Shown: positions 26,603 to 41,740 of the stretch, piece after piece | Layout: each line of letters begins with the position of its first letter | How positions within the stretch are numbered: position 1 is the first letter of the stretch | NCBI GenBank assembly: GCA_022813865.1 | Contig: JALDZX010000085.1 | Coordinates: 1-61,503, forward strand | DNA: 61,503 bases | Source: Xylographa opegraphella | Lineage: Eukaryota | Direction of reading: 5' to 3' | Made by a program: the position numbers and the translations under genes | The notes under the pieces: generated by a model | What the model saw: the letters and a program-made list of their open reading frames with translations, nothing else | Databases searched by the model: none | Told to the model about the DNA's origin: nothing

Positions 26603-29600
26603 TGTTGAAATGGGAGTCTACAAGCTCGAGTCCCCGAAGGGCACCCTCGAAAAGGGGCCCCCAGGGCGAGTGTGGCTACCCGGGGATAAAGATTTCTGGA
26701 AAATAAGCAAAAACCCTGCGAGCCTTCTTTGTTTCCTTTTTTATTTTTTTTCAAACCTTTTAAATACAATTATTAATACAGAATATATTCAGGGTTTCGC
26801 TTTAAATATTTTCTTACTTTCATTGAAAATAATTTTATATTTTTTAAATTGAATAAATTATAAACTCGATTACGTTTTAGCTACGCTAAAAGAAATTTAT
26901 TTATTATTTAATTATTATATTTTATGAGATTTCACCTTTTAATACTACAATATCGGTTTTTTATTCAAATTTAAGCATTAATTATAAAGTTTTAATAACT
27001 ACGATAAATAGTTACGAAAAATCGATATTCATTTATTATTATATAATGTATTAACGTGGGCGCAGGGGATAAAATTATTGTTTTTATTATTGAAAAAGTT
27101 CGATGTAAGTAAAGTATTACGGGCTAAGGTTAATATTTTTAAGAGTATAGCTTTAAATATGTTAAGCCTCGAGGGAAATACTTTGGTAAAATATATTAAT
27201 TTAAAGATTACGGCCAAAATCAAGCGCGTTTATAAATAATAAAAATATTAAATCAACATTATTAATTAAATTTTAGCCTTATTACGTAAATTCGTTTATA
27301 TTAAAAACAATAATAAAGCGTTTAATTTTATTAGCCAACCCGTTTTGTACGTATATTTAAAAAATACCGGTCTTTAAAAATAAAATTATCATCGATTATT
27401 TAAAGTAAAAATTAGCTATTATTACTCTAAAGAACTTTTTTGATATATAATTTTATATTAATGAAATAACCTCCTTGTAGTTTCGCCTGGAAATTTTCAA
27501 AAAACCTATTTACGATTGTCGAATAAAAAGTATTTAATACGAAAACTTACTAATTAATACGATATTTAAAAACATATTTATTATATTAAAAAAGGTATAA
27601 TAGAAACGATAAATTTCGTTTAACTATAATTCAATCTTTTAAAGATCGAACAAAATCACGCGATGGACAAAGAAACGTTAATAAGTTTTATAAAAATAAA
27701 AATAAAATATTAGAAATATAAAAAAATATAAAAAGAATTTATATAACTACTGCCACAAAGGTGTTTATAAATCGACGAAGTATTAATATTCATATTTAAA
27801 ATTTACACTCGAAAACGTTACGCTTCGATTACTAAATCAATTTACTAAGGGGGAAAAAAGTAAAAAAACAATTGAGGGAAAGAAAAAAAATGGGAAATTT
27901 AAAAAAATTAAAAAATAGAATAAAAAGTTAAGCGAATATAGCAGTCGAAATGAAAGCGAATTTATATCGATTAATATCATTTATTTCGACTCGACCCCTA
28001 TTTCGCCCTGCGAAAGGAAATTTAAAATATATATATTAATTAATTTTATCGACTTTATTAAGGAATTTAATTATATTACTAACTTTAAAACAAACGTATA
28101 CCTGGCCAGAGATTACATTTTGTTCCACGATTACATAATCAAGAAAATGATGATAAAAATCGTTCAAAAAGGGATTAAACATAAAAACAATAGAAGTAAA
28201 ATCGATCAAACTTTCGCTAAAAAATTTAAATACAAAAATAATTATTTATCTGATTTTCTTCATTAATCATTACTGTTTGATAATTCGTTCCAATATTATT
28301 AGTAAATTTTTTTAATGGCATTCGAGATCGATATTAAAGTTTTAACAAAATTTAGCAAAAAACGACTAATTAAATCTAATAAAAGAATTCTAAATTATAC
28401 GATTATATATAAAAAGTATTTTTTTTCAAATTAATTATCGTTTCGATCGTTTAAACTACGAAAATCGTGATATCGTTTAAAGTTTTAAGGGGCTCGATCG
28501 AAACTAAATTACGTATTTAGTATCGACGTCTCGTACATTTTAATTATAATAACGTTAAAAAATTCGTTAATTTATCGGAATAAAAAATTTTCCACTAAAT
28601 TTAAAGTAAAAGCCAAAAGTTTATTGCAACGAATATTTTACGATAAAAATAATAAAACGAATTTTTAAAACCCCGGGATAACGTACGCAAAAATAGTCAA
28701 AGTTTATTTTATTTATAACGACATTTAAAACCCTTTATAAATAATTATCGATAATAAAAAAAATATCGATAATTATTTATAATACACCCGCCTGTACTTT
28801 TTACAAAATATTAAAAGCTTTATTTTCGCCAAGATTTTTTAGCGATTTACCGCCTAGGCTAAACGGCAAAAAAGGTTAAAAATTAAACCAATTTGCTACG
28901 AGGAGGGCAAATAATACGCGATAAAATTAAGAATTGTATTTTAAATTAATTTAAAAATCAACGTTAATAAAATCAACGTCGACGTTTATTATTAAAATAA
29001 AGTAATGGCGCGTCTTAATCGAATTTTGATAAAACGAATCAAGGCGCTATTCGTTAATAATAAATTATTAAAAGTTTTTTAAAACAAATTACTATGCTAC
29101 GTTATTTATATTATTAATTAATCATTTACGCGGGCGATTTTCGACAAAATCCCTTTTAAAATATGAATTAATGAGTTATTTTATTTTATTTAGCTAAAAG
29201 TTTTTGAATCACTCGTTTATATTTACTACGAATTGGATAAATTTTAATGATAAAAATATTGCTTTAAAAAGTTTTACGCTATCTAATCGATTACAAAAGC
29301 ATTAATATTTATTAAATATAAAATCTCGACACCGGCCGTAATATCCAAATGTATTAATTTTATATTAATAAAATTCTTTTAAAGCCTTTAAATCTATTAA
29401 AATAATAATTTAAAACGATTATATTAACGAAAAATTCGATTACGATTTCGAAATCAACCTCGAAAATATAAATAAAATTTAATAAATAATATAAATAGTA
29501 AAAGCGACGATAAGATCGAGGCTAAAATATTTTATTAATAATACTATAACGACATTAAATCGTTTATTGAATTCGAACTTTTTAGCTAATCAAACTTTAA

Positions 29601-32014
29601 TAAAAACTTCGATAATAAAAAATCGAATTAAAATGATTTTAAAAACTTTACGAACCTCGAGGTAAATAATTTTAATAACAATAACGATAATTATAAAAAT
29701 TATTTTTAAAATCCCGCTCGATAAAAAATTTAAAAAAAGAAATTATTGAATTTTATTAAAGATTCAATTTTAAAATAATTCAATTCGACTTGCGTTAAAA
29801 AACTCAATTTATTAAAAAAAATTTATTATATTTTCCTGAAAATTTACGCGAAGACTATTTAGTATAATTAGCCTTAATATTTTTAAATAATAAATCGCCA
29901 TAAAAAACGAATATCGTAATTTAATAACGTTTAAAATATAAAAGTTTTTACCTCGGTTCGGGGGTCGAAAAACTATTAGAAATAAATAAATATTTATACC
30001 TGAATTAACTCTCGAAAGGGAAAAATTTAAATATAAAATTCACTAAATTAATAAAGGATTTTAATAATAATACGAAATCGATTACGACAAAACTTTCGCC
30101 TTAAAAATTAAATTCATTATTTATAAATTTTTATCTATTTTCGCAGTTGGGTTTTAACTACTAATTTATTAAATAAATATTAAAAATTAATTAAATATTA
30201 AAATAATTAAAAATTCTTATATTAGATAACTTACGAGCTTCGAACTTTGAAAGATTTTTATTATAAATTTTAAAAGATTTTATACGAATATTAATAATTT
30301 AATCGAATATAATATATTAAAAAATTTTCACTATTTACGCTATTTAAAGGTCTAGTAATACTTTAAAACCCTTATTTTATTTATTAATAAAAACGGTATT
30401 ATAATAATAATATACGTCAACGATTTATTGCTATTTAGTCAAATATCGACCGCTATTTAATTATTAAAAATTTAAATACTATCGAAGTTTCAAATAAAAA
30501 ATTTAAACATATCGAAGCTTTTCCTCAATATTATTATTAAAAACGTTTTAAACGAAAACATTTATATAAGTTAACAATATTACGTTCAATAAATTTTTAA
30601 AAAATAGAATTACGAAAGGATTACTTCCGTGGCTACGTTTATAATCGTTAACGTATTTTTACAAAAATTTATTAAATAAACCGACGTTCAAAATATCGTA
30701 ACATTAATTGAAATTTCAATTTTTAATATATTCAATAATAGATACCCGGCAGAATATCGTATTTGTTATCTCAAAATTTTTATAATTCCCGTTAAATTTT
30801 AATTAGTTTAATTAAAACACGTTGCGTTTAATTTCGTTTTTATTAAAGTAACGTTTAATTTAAAAATTCTTTCTAAAATTACCCTTTCGTATAAAAATTA
30901 ATTAATAGGGATTACGTCGGCGACGGAAACACTCGACGTTTTATTATTAATTATCTACTTAAAATAATCGGCAAATTGATCAGTTGAATGATAATTAAAT
31001 AGAAAATCATCGCGATATTTAGTTGCGAAGCCGATTATATAACAATTTCCGAAAAATATAAAACAAATACAATTATAAAGATTTAATTTTTTATTAAATT
31101 ATAATTAAATATTTCTTAAGAAATTTATCGTATTCGAAAATAATCGAGAGTTAATTAATATATTATATAATTTAGAATATTACAAACGGATTAAACATAT
31201 TAACGTTTATTATTATTAATTTAAAAAGTAAATTTAACGCGATTATATTGATTATTAATAAATATTTATCGAGAATATAACGGTCGATAAATTTATGAAA
31301 TCCTTAATTTTCTTTAAATTTTTCAATTTAAAATATTGATCGAACAATTTCGACTCTGGCGCAAAGCTTTTTATTAATTTTTTTGTAAAATCATTAATTT
31401 TAAGGAATTATTAATTTAATTTATCGTATTTTATTCTAAATCTTTAAAGATTTTTTATAATTTTATTAACTATGCTATATATGGAATTTCGTAAAAAAAC
31501 GTTGCAATTTAAAAAAATTTATTTCGATTTATTTTATATAAAAAAACGCATAAAACAATCGCGTCGTATATTTTACTTAAATAAAAAATATAATCATTTT
31601 GAAATTAGTTTCGTAGCTATTTAAAGGTAAAAGAATAAAAAATAAAAAATATTTTATAAAAATAACAGAAAATAAAATTACTAAATTATTATTAAAAACG
31701 GTCGTTTACTACTTAATAACGAAATATTACCCGATAATAATTTTATTAATAATAGGCCACGATATTTGTATGCAGTAAAAATATTAAAACAAAAGTTTAT
31801 AAATTTAAATCCTCAAGGGGCGCCACCGAAGGGGGCCCTTTGAGGCGAGTATGGCTTCTCGAGAATAAAACTTTCTGGAAGATGAACGAAGATCCTGCGA
31901 GCTATTTTTGTTTTTTTGGTTTTTTTTCGAACCTTTTAAATATAGTTAATATAGAAAATGTTCAGTATTTTTTTACTTTTATTAAACTTAATTTTATACT
32001 TTTTAAAGTCGATA
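26603..32014 (+). mobile_element. Full-length RIP-inactivated Ty1/Copia LTR retrotransposon (Copia-2)
   Basis: LTRs 26603-26855 and 31782-32014. TSD ATATA/ATACA. PBS AATTATAAACTC (=GGTTATGAGCCC) at 26856. Gag knuckle NYCHKGVYKSTKY ~27745. IYVNDLLLF ~30410, DYVGDGNTRR ~30910, SCEADYI ~31021, YKRIKHINV ~31181. Confidence 0.93.
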
Positions 32015-33789
32015 ATACATATTAAGAGAAAAGTTGAAGTTTACGTCCAGTAGTAAAAATTTTAGAAATTTTTTAATTGATAAAACATCGAGCTTGAAAT
32101 TTATATAAAATTTAATTTAAATTTTGTAACTAATTTACTTTAAAACTTTGGCGTTAATTTAATATATAAGTTTTTGTAAAAAGAACCGATATTTAATCGA
32201 CGTTGCGTAGTTAAAAAATTTATAGCTTTTAAATTCGTTTTTTTATTTTTTAAAATTTAAAATTTAAATGTTATTTTAATCGATATTATAATTTTTAATT
32301 TCAACGAAATTTTGATTTTTATTCGAATCGACCCCGTTTTTAAAAGATACAATCAATATATATATTTATTTCAAAAATAGAAAAATATTTAATAAAGTCG
32401 AGAACGATTTAATAAATTTTGGTAAAAGATATAATACGTTTAAAAAAATTATTTTTAGTAGGCGTGTAAAAATTATCAATAAAAATAATAATAATATTTC
32501 GTATAGCACGAGTAACGACTTTCGGGAAATTTTTAATATTTATTTTTAAACTTAATTAAATATTATTTTTAAATAATTTCAACGTTTTTCGTTCAATATA
32601 GTTAATAATATTAACGTTAATAAAAAATTTATATACTATCGATCGTATAATTTATATCGATATTATTTGTTTATTTAACAATCGCGAGTAAAGCAATTTT
32701 TAATTTTTTATTAATAACTAAATCATAAAAATCAAATTCAACGGCTTGAGTAAAATAATATATTTAAAAAAAATATAATATATACTTTATTTTCTTCAGG
32801 GTTTATAACTGCAGCCTTAAAATTAAATAAAAACTTTGGCTTTTTAAATTCGAAAACGACTATAAAATAGTTAATCAATGAATATATATATTTACTGCAA
32901 CAGCCAAATTTTTATATATTACGTATAATAATAATAAATAAAATACGTAGTTATCCTTGATATTAGCCTTATTAAAAAGAAGCATAAAAGTTTATTTCGA
33001 AATCGACGCAAATACTATAATTAATTAATTAAAAATTATTTTAAACGAAATTATACAACAATATTTTTTAAAAAAAAATATTGTAAATTTCGCGTAGCTA
33101 ACGAATTTAAATCTAAACTTATTATTTTTATCAATTTTAAAAGTTTTTAATTTTAATAAAAACTTTATCATATAAAAGTTTGTAAATTAAAAACTCGAAA
33201 TTTATATAAAAATCAAATTATATTTATCGAAAATAGTATAAAAGCTCGAGCAATAAAAAATCGTAGATTAATTTTTCAAAAAATTGAACGAAATATTAAA
33301 CGAAATAACAGTATATTAATTTAAATAATAAATTATTAATTAAATTTTACTATAGTAAAAGTTTATACGTTAATATAAAAATATTAATGTTAAATTAATA
33401 AAATCAATAGAAATATTTTAAAAAATTTGATTTTTTTTACAGACTCGACGCTTTTTTTAATATTTTATTAATAACAATATTGAATTTTATATTTATTAAT
33501 TAATTAGTAATTATTTCGTTTAAAATTTTTTTTCAATTTTTTCAATTTATTTTTACTAAAATAAAGTTCTTTACGAGTATATTAATTAATAATATTCTTA
33601 AAGATTACCGTATATTAATTAGAGTTTCAACTTAGATTACGCGTATCGCCTGAAAAATCGCCTGCTATAATAATAAAATATAAAATTTTAGTTTTTATAA
33701 AAATTTAAAACTAAATATTAAATAACGTCTAAAATTCAAAATAAAGATTTAATTTTAGTACAGCGAAAAAACGATATACGATAAAAAAT

Positions 33790-34190
33790 ATGAATAAAGA
33801 TAATAAAAATAATAAAAATAATAAAAATAATAAAAATAATAACAATAATAACAATAATAAAAATAATAAAAATAATAAAAATAATAACAATAATAACAAT
33901 AATAACAATAATAACAATAATAACAATAATAACAATAATAACAATAATAACAATAATAACAATAATAACAATAATAANNNNNNNNNNNNNNNNNNNNNNN
34001 NNNNNNNNNNNNNNNNNNNNNNNNNNNNNNNNNNNNNNNNNNNNNNNNNNAATAATAAAAATAATAAAAATAATAAAAATAATAAAAATAATAAAAATAA
34101 TAAAAATAATAAAAATGATAAAAATAATAAAAATAATAAAAATAATAAAAATAATAAAAATAATAAAAATAAAAGTAAAAATAAAGTAAA
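33790..34190. repeat. Microsatellite (AATAATAAC / AATAATAAA)n spanning an assembly gap (N 33978-34050)
   Basis: Read directly; it explains the poly-N/K and poly-L ORFs in the track. Confidence 0.95.
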
Positions 34191-35524
34191 TATATAAATT
34201 AACGATCGTTGAATATTAAAATATATATAAACTAAGGTAAGATACTGTATGATTATATTAATTGATTTTAAAACTGTCGCGAGTATATTTCGATCAGGTT
34301 ATTTTGTTATATGGTACAAGTTTTATTCGGGTTTTTATTTAATAATGAATTGATTATATTTCTGGCTAAATCCTGTATATAACAAGTTATTCATATATAA
34401 AGGATTCGTTATTTACGGTTATTTTAAATTAATATTTGCAACGTTTATAATTGATATTACTCGTTTTTAATTAATAATTCATTTGCAATCAGTTCGTCAC
34501 CGATTTTTAATTTATGTTATTATTTATTGATATCTAATTATAAATTTTGAATTTAATATATACTATATTAATAAAGTAATTAAATTGATTTTCAATTACA
34601 GTAAAATAAGCAAGTTCTGTATTTATTATAATATATATGAGCTTTTGTTGTACTTTGTATTTGTAATTAATTATTAAAGTGCAATAAAAGTTTAATGCGA
34701 TCATCTGTGTTTAAATATAAATTAAAGGGTATTATACTAAATTTTTGATAAATTATAAATAAAAAAAGTTGTTTTAGTTTTTATTAGCGATTTATTTAGT
34801 AAAGCCTTTTATTATTAATTTACTATAAATTTAGTAAATACAAATTTTATTCTTATTGATTGTTATTGTTATTGTTATTGTTTGTAATTAAATCGCTTTC
34901 TTTATTTTTAGTTAAATCATCGATATTCTTATTCTTCTGATTTAGATCGTTATTTTGGCTTAGTTCGTAATGTTATTTATTAATAATATTCGAATTAGAA
35001 TTATTTTTTGCTGTTAATTATTATAAATTTCTATTTTTGATTTTATTTTAGGTTTTAGTAGTAGTTTTAATTTTAATTTTGGTCCTGATTTTGATCTTTG
35101 TTCTGATTTTGCTTTTAATTCCTGTTTTATCTCGCCTTCGATTTTGAGTTCTGAATGTATTTTTATACTATATACATTTTCCGGCGGTTAGCTCTACTCC
35201 GATTTCTATTTTACAAGAAAATAAATTCGAAACGTTATATAAAAAATTTAATATTAGGTTTAACATTTGAATTATTATTAAAATTAAAATTATTAATAAA
35301 AAATCGTAAACGTATTTTATTTTTCTTCCGGGAATTTCCAATTTCCAATTTTTAATTATTTTTATAGTATAAAAGAATTAAGTAGTAACTTGCGGTATAA
35401 ATATATAAATTTAATTATATTAATATTTTGAGGGTATATTTTTACGATAATTATTATACGATAAATAGTACAGGCCTGAATAAATATATTTATATAAATT
35501 AGCGATCGACTGTAATATATTCAG

Positions 35525-35900
35525 AATTTATAGCAGTAAAAGTTAGTTTTATAATAATAGAAGTTAGTTTTATAATAATAGAAGTTAGTTTTATAATAAT
35601 AAAAGTTAATTTTATAATAATAAAAGTTAGTTTTATAATAATAAAAGTTAATTTTATAGCAGTAAAAGTTAATTTTATAACAGCAAAAATGATTTTTATA
35701 GTAGTAAAAGTGATTTTTATAGCAGCAAAAGTGATTTTTATAGTAATAAAAATGATTTCTATAGCAGCAAAAATTCATTTTATGGTAGTAAAAATATAGC
35801 AGCAAAAGAATTTTGTAGCAGTAATAACCAAAATCATAATATTAATAATAAATTTTATAATGTTAATAATAAATTTTATAATATAAATAAATTTATAACA
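35525..35900. repeat. 21-bp minisatellite (TTTATAGCAGTAAAAGTTAGT-like), about 14 or more copies
   Basis: Period-21 units whose variants differ mostly by transitions; produces the spurious YYYKTNF ORF. Confidence 0.9.
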
Positions 35901-35949
35901 TAAATAAAAGCATTAATATAATTTACAATATAATTATTTTTTTATTCGA

Positions 35950-38900
35950 GTTATATTCTTAAAGTTTACTATCGGCGTAGCGAATTTGAATATGAATTTT
36001 AATTAATAAAATCAAAATTCTTTTATTAAAGTCTTTTTAAATTTTATAAAAGTTTTAATCTTTGAAGCGGTAAAAAATCAAATAAAAAATATTATTAACG
36101 AATGCTTTCATACTATCGTAGAATTTATTTTTTTATGATTTAAAAATTGTTTTACTCGTTTTGCCGCTTTTTACCAGGATTTATAGCCTTTTTCTATATT
36201 AATAAACGTTATTTTAATAACTTTTTGAATTTATTATTATTTAATCGGTATAAGAATACGCGTCGACTATTAATTTTTAAACATTTAAATATTGAATATA
36301 TCGTAGTTTTTTTTTATTTTTTTATTATTTTTTATATTTAAAGTTAGACTACCGCTGATATTTATCGTAGATTTTATTGTATTTTCTAATTTTTTAGTAT
36401 TAGCATTTTTATTAACGAAAATAAAACGCTTTTTAAAATTTTTAAATAATATAAACTATTTAAAAGGTTGAGACTGAGAACGCAATCGAGGTAATATTAA
36501 TATATTAAAAATTATTTTAAACGTACGCGAAAATTCGCTAACCTGAGAATTAATTTAAAATATAATAAAATACTGTTAAAATTTTAATATTATATTAAAT
36601 GGAGCTATAAACGGACGTTAAAATCTTAATATACTAATAAATAAACCTGTAAACGAACGCGAAGTTTTACATTCATAAAAATTTAATAAAGGTTAAATAA
36701 AGGATTTAATTTTCGTTCGAGTTGGTTGAAATTTTATTTAAAACTTTTTTTTATTTTGAAACGTTTTTTAAAAAAAGCTTCAATAATAATTAAGGTTCTT
36801 TTTTTTCAAATAGCTTTCGACGTTTTAGTATTTATAATATTTTTTATTCAATATCGACGATATAATAAGAAACTTGTTCGAAATATAAAAATTTTATTAT
36901 TTTTTAAATTTTTATGTATTTAAATCGATTTAATAAAATTTTATTTTACGAAAGTTTAAATTATTTTTCGATATCAACGCTGCAAATTCGTTTCGTAAAC
37001 ATTATATTTAAATCGTTTAATTTATAGCCGAGCGATAAGGGGTTCAAATTTATTTAACTTATTTTAAAAAGTATTAAATGCTATATTTACAGAGAAAACG
37101 ACGAGAGATTACAAGTTTTCATTTTCTAAATATTTAATAAAAAAATAAAAGATAAAAATATATTGGTAGCGGCGTTAACATCGTGGTTAATTAAAATCGT
37201 AATTAATTAATATCGTAATTGATTAAATTTCAATTTTAATAAAGATTTAATTTTAAATATTAAATTTTAACAGATAAAAGGCAATTTTAAAATTATTTCG
37301 TTATTTCGAAAATTCATAAAAACTATCGAATGTTGTGTTAGAAATTACGCGAGCTGCGAATTTTTTAAATTAAATTTCTTTTACGAAATATTCGAAACTT
37401 TTAATAAATAAATAAATTAGTAAAAAGATTTTATAAATTTTTTAAATTTTTAAAATTTATGTAATAACGTTAAAATACGTAAATTCGATGCGTTGTTTTT
37501 AATTGTTTATTATAATAAAAAAGGCGTTCGTTAATAATAAAGCATTTAAAACCCTAAAGAAAACTATAAGTAATAACTGGCAAGAAAATACGAATTTAAG
37601 TTTAAATATACTAAAATAATTATAATTAAAATACTCGAGAACATAATTATAAATAATACATTCGCGATTTTTCTTATTACTATCGTTCTTTTTAGATCGA
37701 TCGAGACTTACGTGGCAAAATTTATAAAATCGATAATTTTGGCCTTAAAATTATATTTTAAGAAGTCTGCAAATTTTAAGGAAAATTGGCGGAAATTTTG
37801 AGAAATTTTGTAGCTATTAAACTTGACGTATTTTTTAAGCGATAAAACCTTTATAAATATCGTAGTTTTACTTTGAAAGTTAAATACATTTAAACGACAT
37901 ATTCGAAGGTATTTATTAATATTGAAATTAATAAAAAAGATCATTTTAATAATTATAAAGAAGTAGCCGTTATTTTTAACTCGCGATAAAACAATAATGA
38001 TGTTTTATATTATTAATTGGTTAAACTGATTGAATGTTATTAATTTAATTCGAATTATATTGTTTATTATTAAATTTCGCGAAAAAAATATTTTAATATA
38101 AATTAATTAGTCATTTTTGATAGAACTTTGATAATTTTATATTTAAAAATAGTCGATTAAATCTGCTAGCGGAAATAAAGTTTAAAGAAGATTTAATTAT
38201 AAGCGATATTATTTTTTATTAAATTTTTTATCTGAAATTAAATATATAATATATAAAAAAACGTATTTACTAAATTGCGAAAAACTATTTAAATTATATT
38301 ATTAAAGAAAATCGAGGCAGAACTATAATAATAGTTTAATCTGTTGTTATTTATTACGAGATTACGATTTATAAAGAAGGCTTAAAGATATTCGAAGTTT
38401 TTAAAAAATTTAAATCGTAGTCGTATTAATACGAATTTTTACTTTAACAATCAGCGGATTAAAATATTTACAAATTATATAATATAACGATTCGAGATCA
38501 AGGTTTATTATATCAAATTCAGCTTTTTTAAAAAAGGCTTTTTTATGAAATAAATAATAAATACGAAAAAATAAATTGTACGATTTACGACGAAATTTTA
38601 TTTAATATAAAAAAGTTTAAAAATCGTATATTATAATCGTAAATATTTGAAAAGGTTATTTTCGTTAGAATTCAATATATTATTATTTAATTTATTCTTT
38701 CAATATTAATATTCCTTGCCCTTAATTTTATTTTACGATAATTTTAGGGTTTATAAAAATAATTACTGTTCGTTTAAAAAGTTTTATTTATTTTCTGCAA
38801 ATTTACCTCATAAGGAAGGAAAGAAAATAGCTAACAATTTTATTCAATTTTATTAGCCTTATAATACTTTAATTGGAAATATTATTAACGTTTTTTATTA

Positions 38901-41700
38901 ATACTACAGTGAAACAAAGGTATTTATATAAATATTTAAGGGGTTTCGAATCGTATATACGCTTTTATCATAATAATAACGAAAAATATGCCTTAACAGG
39001 CAAATAATAGTGATTTTATACGTTATAATATTATCAAGGGCTATCGAATTTATTTATATTTTAATATAAATAAATAGGATTTGAATGTCGATATTATTAA
39101 AAATAATCGCTATTATTAATCAATCGTACAGAATTGAGAGTTTGTAGTTATTACAATAAAACCAAGTAAAAATGATTTTTTTAAATATTAAAAATAAAAT
39201 AAAATATTTCAATTATATATTAACTAATTTTATCGCTTGATTTTATTATAAACAAATCTTACGAGTTATCACATTTTAAATGGCGTGATTTAAAAGAATT
39301 TTATAAAAAAGTTTAATTTTTTAAAAGACTAAAATAAAGAAGTATTGATATATTTTTTAAATCTTTTTTTTGTTAGTCGCTGGCCTTAAATTCAAAATTT
39401 AATGTATTATATTTAAAGTTGATTGCTGTTCGAAGCAGGTTGAGTTTTAATTTTGTTTTTTTAATACTACGAAATTTAGAAAAAAAATTTAATATTGATT
39501 TTAATATTTTTAAATTATTAAAATACGTATTAATTATTAAAATCGATTTTAATTTGCTATCGAGGCTGTTATTCATATATTTCGCATAAATATGCAATAT
39601 AATACTATCGTAGACAGTAATATTTATAATTTTTATAAAATGGTGTATTAAATAATCATTTATAGAAAATAATGTTATTAAAATTTAAATCAATGCGTAA
39701 AAAACTTTTTTAATTTTGTCAATAATACTGAATTCACTGTTTTTATTCCTGATTTTAATGTCGAAATTGTAAATATTATTAATGTACTAAAATAATTAAT
39801 TATAAATATAGAGGGTTTTAATACAGCGAATCTCGATATAATGAATTTTATTACAGCGAATTTGATTATAACGAATTTTAATACGAAAAATATGATTATA
39901 AAAGGTTTTAACGTTAAAATCGAAGGTTTCAATTTACTACGAGTAAATCGTAAATATATATTGAATTAAAATAAATTAATAAAAAATTTTAATATATACG
40001 TAAATTTGTATTGAACAAATTCTGCTTGTAAGTACTTTACGATAATAAATACTAATATTTTATTTAAGGAGTTAAAATATAAAATATTTAAAAAAATAAT
40101 CGATAACGTAAATTTATTAACATTAATAAATTATTCTTTTATAAAAAACGTTTTTTGTTAATTTTTACGTTTGGAACTCGCTGAAATTTAAAATTAATAT
40201 TTAAAAATAGTAACAAATCTGCGATCTTTAAAAGCTCGATATTTTGTTTTAATTTAAAAAATTTATTTATAAATAAATATAATCGTAATAACGAAAATTG
40301 CAATAAAAACGATATTTAAATATTATAATTCTATAATCTTTTGAATTATACTGCTATCTTTCTGTTGATACGAGATTTTTAGTTAATAAGGGTTAATTTT
40401 TACAAAATTTATATTTTTACTAACTCTAAAAAGTTAACTTTATTTAATACTTTTTTATTAATATTAATTAAGCCTATATAATTGATTATAATTTAAGAAA
40501 TATTATTAATTTCGATAATAAAGTATTTAAATAGTACGGTCGATATAAATATATTAATAAAAAGAATAAACGTCGAGTTTATCGCAACGAAAACCGTATT
40601 GTTATAAAGAATATAAATATAAATTTTTAATAAATATTTACGTACACTTTATTTATCGTAAAAAACTTCATATATTTTTTATAGTATAAATATTTCGTAA
40701 GTAAAAAATGTTATCAGCGAACTTATAATAAATTTTTTAATTTATAAGGTCGAGATTTAATCGATAATTTTTAAATTTTTAATATTAAAAAGAAATCGAT
40801 TTTTATTTCGTATAAACACTCCGCGGGGTAGCTATAAAATTGAAATTATCCACATTTTATTATAAAATATAATTTAAATTTAATTTATATAAAATTTGGA
40901 TTCTATAATAATTAAGTATAAAATACATATTAATTAAATTATATATACTAAATAAAGTATATATGTCGAGTAAGCTATACGTATTCATATATATAATTTT
41001 TTTACAGCGAAAACTTACTCGAGAATTTTAAAAAAGGGATTTATTTGATTTATTTAGTTTAACGATTAATTTGATTATTTCGCTCGTTCGACCAGTTGGA
41101 CTAATTTGATTTATAATATAACGGGTTTATTTGTTAATTAATTAAATCGTAGTTAATATAAAGTTAATAAAATTTATGAATAAAATAAAAGTTTCGTAGA
41201 TTTGCATAAAAATTTCGATATATTTTTATTAATAATTGCCTTCGCTATTCGCCTAAACGAAGCTTTACACGACCGAAATAACGTTAAAAATAAATTTATC
41301 TTAAATTTTCATTGCCGTAAAAACGATATTTATTTTGAATCGCAAAATTTAATTAAAAGAAAATCGTTATTTATTATCGTTAAGTTTATAACAAAGGCGT
41401 TATTGTTATAACGAGATATAAAAATAACTCAATTATTATAGTAAAGTATATAATATACTTTACGAAAGTAAGTTAAATTATTTTAAATCTATTAGTTATA
41501 ATTATTTAATAATATTTAAATATATGGAATTGTATTTTATAATTAAATAAAGCTTGAAAAAATTGAATTATAATTAACTTATTTGTTTAACGCAAGTATT
41601 TTTTATTTAATTTGATACTTTAATAAATTAAACGTACTGTAAGTAATTAATTAACGCTAATAATATTAACGCTGATAATATTAACATTGGTAATATTAAC
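35950..41700 (-). mobile_element. Highly degraded Ty3/Gypsy-like gag-pol relic, LTRs not found
   Basis: Minus-strand motifs in Gypsy order: ITPFKM ~39290 (=VMPFG), INHDVNAATNIF ~37190 (integrase N..NAATG.SPF), RPFIAPFNI ~36618 (GPF-like), CVLSLNLL ~36483. Confidence 0.55.
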
Positions 41701-41740
41701 GTTGGTAATATTAACGTTGATAATATTAACGTTGGTAATT
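41655..41740. repeat. 15-bp tandem repeat (TAATATTAACGTTGG)x5-6
   Basis: Read directly. Confidence 0.85.

Noticed and set aside
32840..32910. RecQ/Academ helicase motif III (FTATA)
   Set aside because: A single short motif with no DEAH or Walker A found at suitable spacing.
33729..34197. Poly-Asn/Lys and poly-Leu proteins
   Set aside because: These are translations of a microsatellite spanning an N gap.
35521..35805. Cys/Tyr-rich repeat protein or CRISPR-like array
   Set aside because: It is a contiguous 21-bp tandem repeat with no unique spacers and no cas genes, in a eukaryotic TE context.
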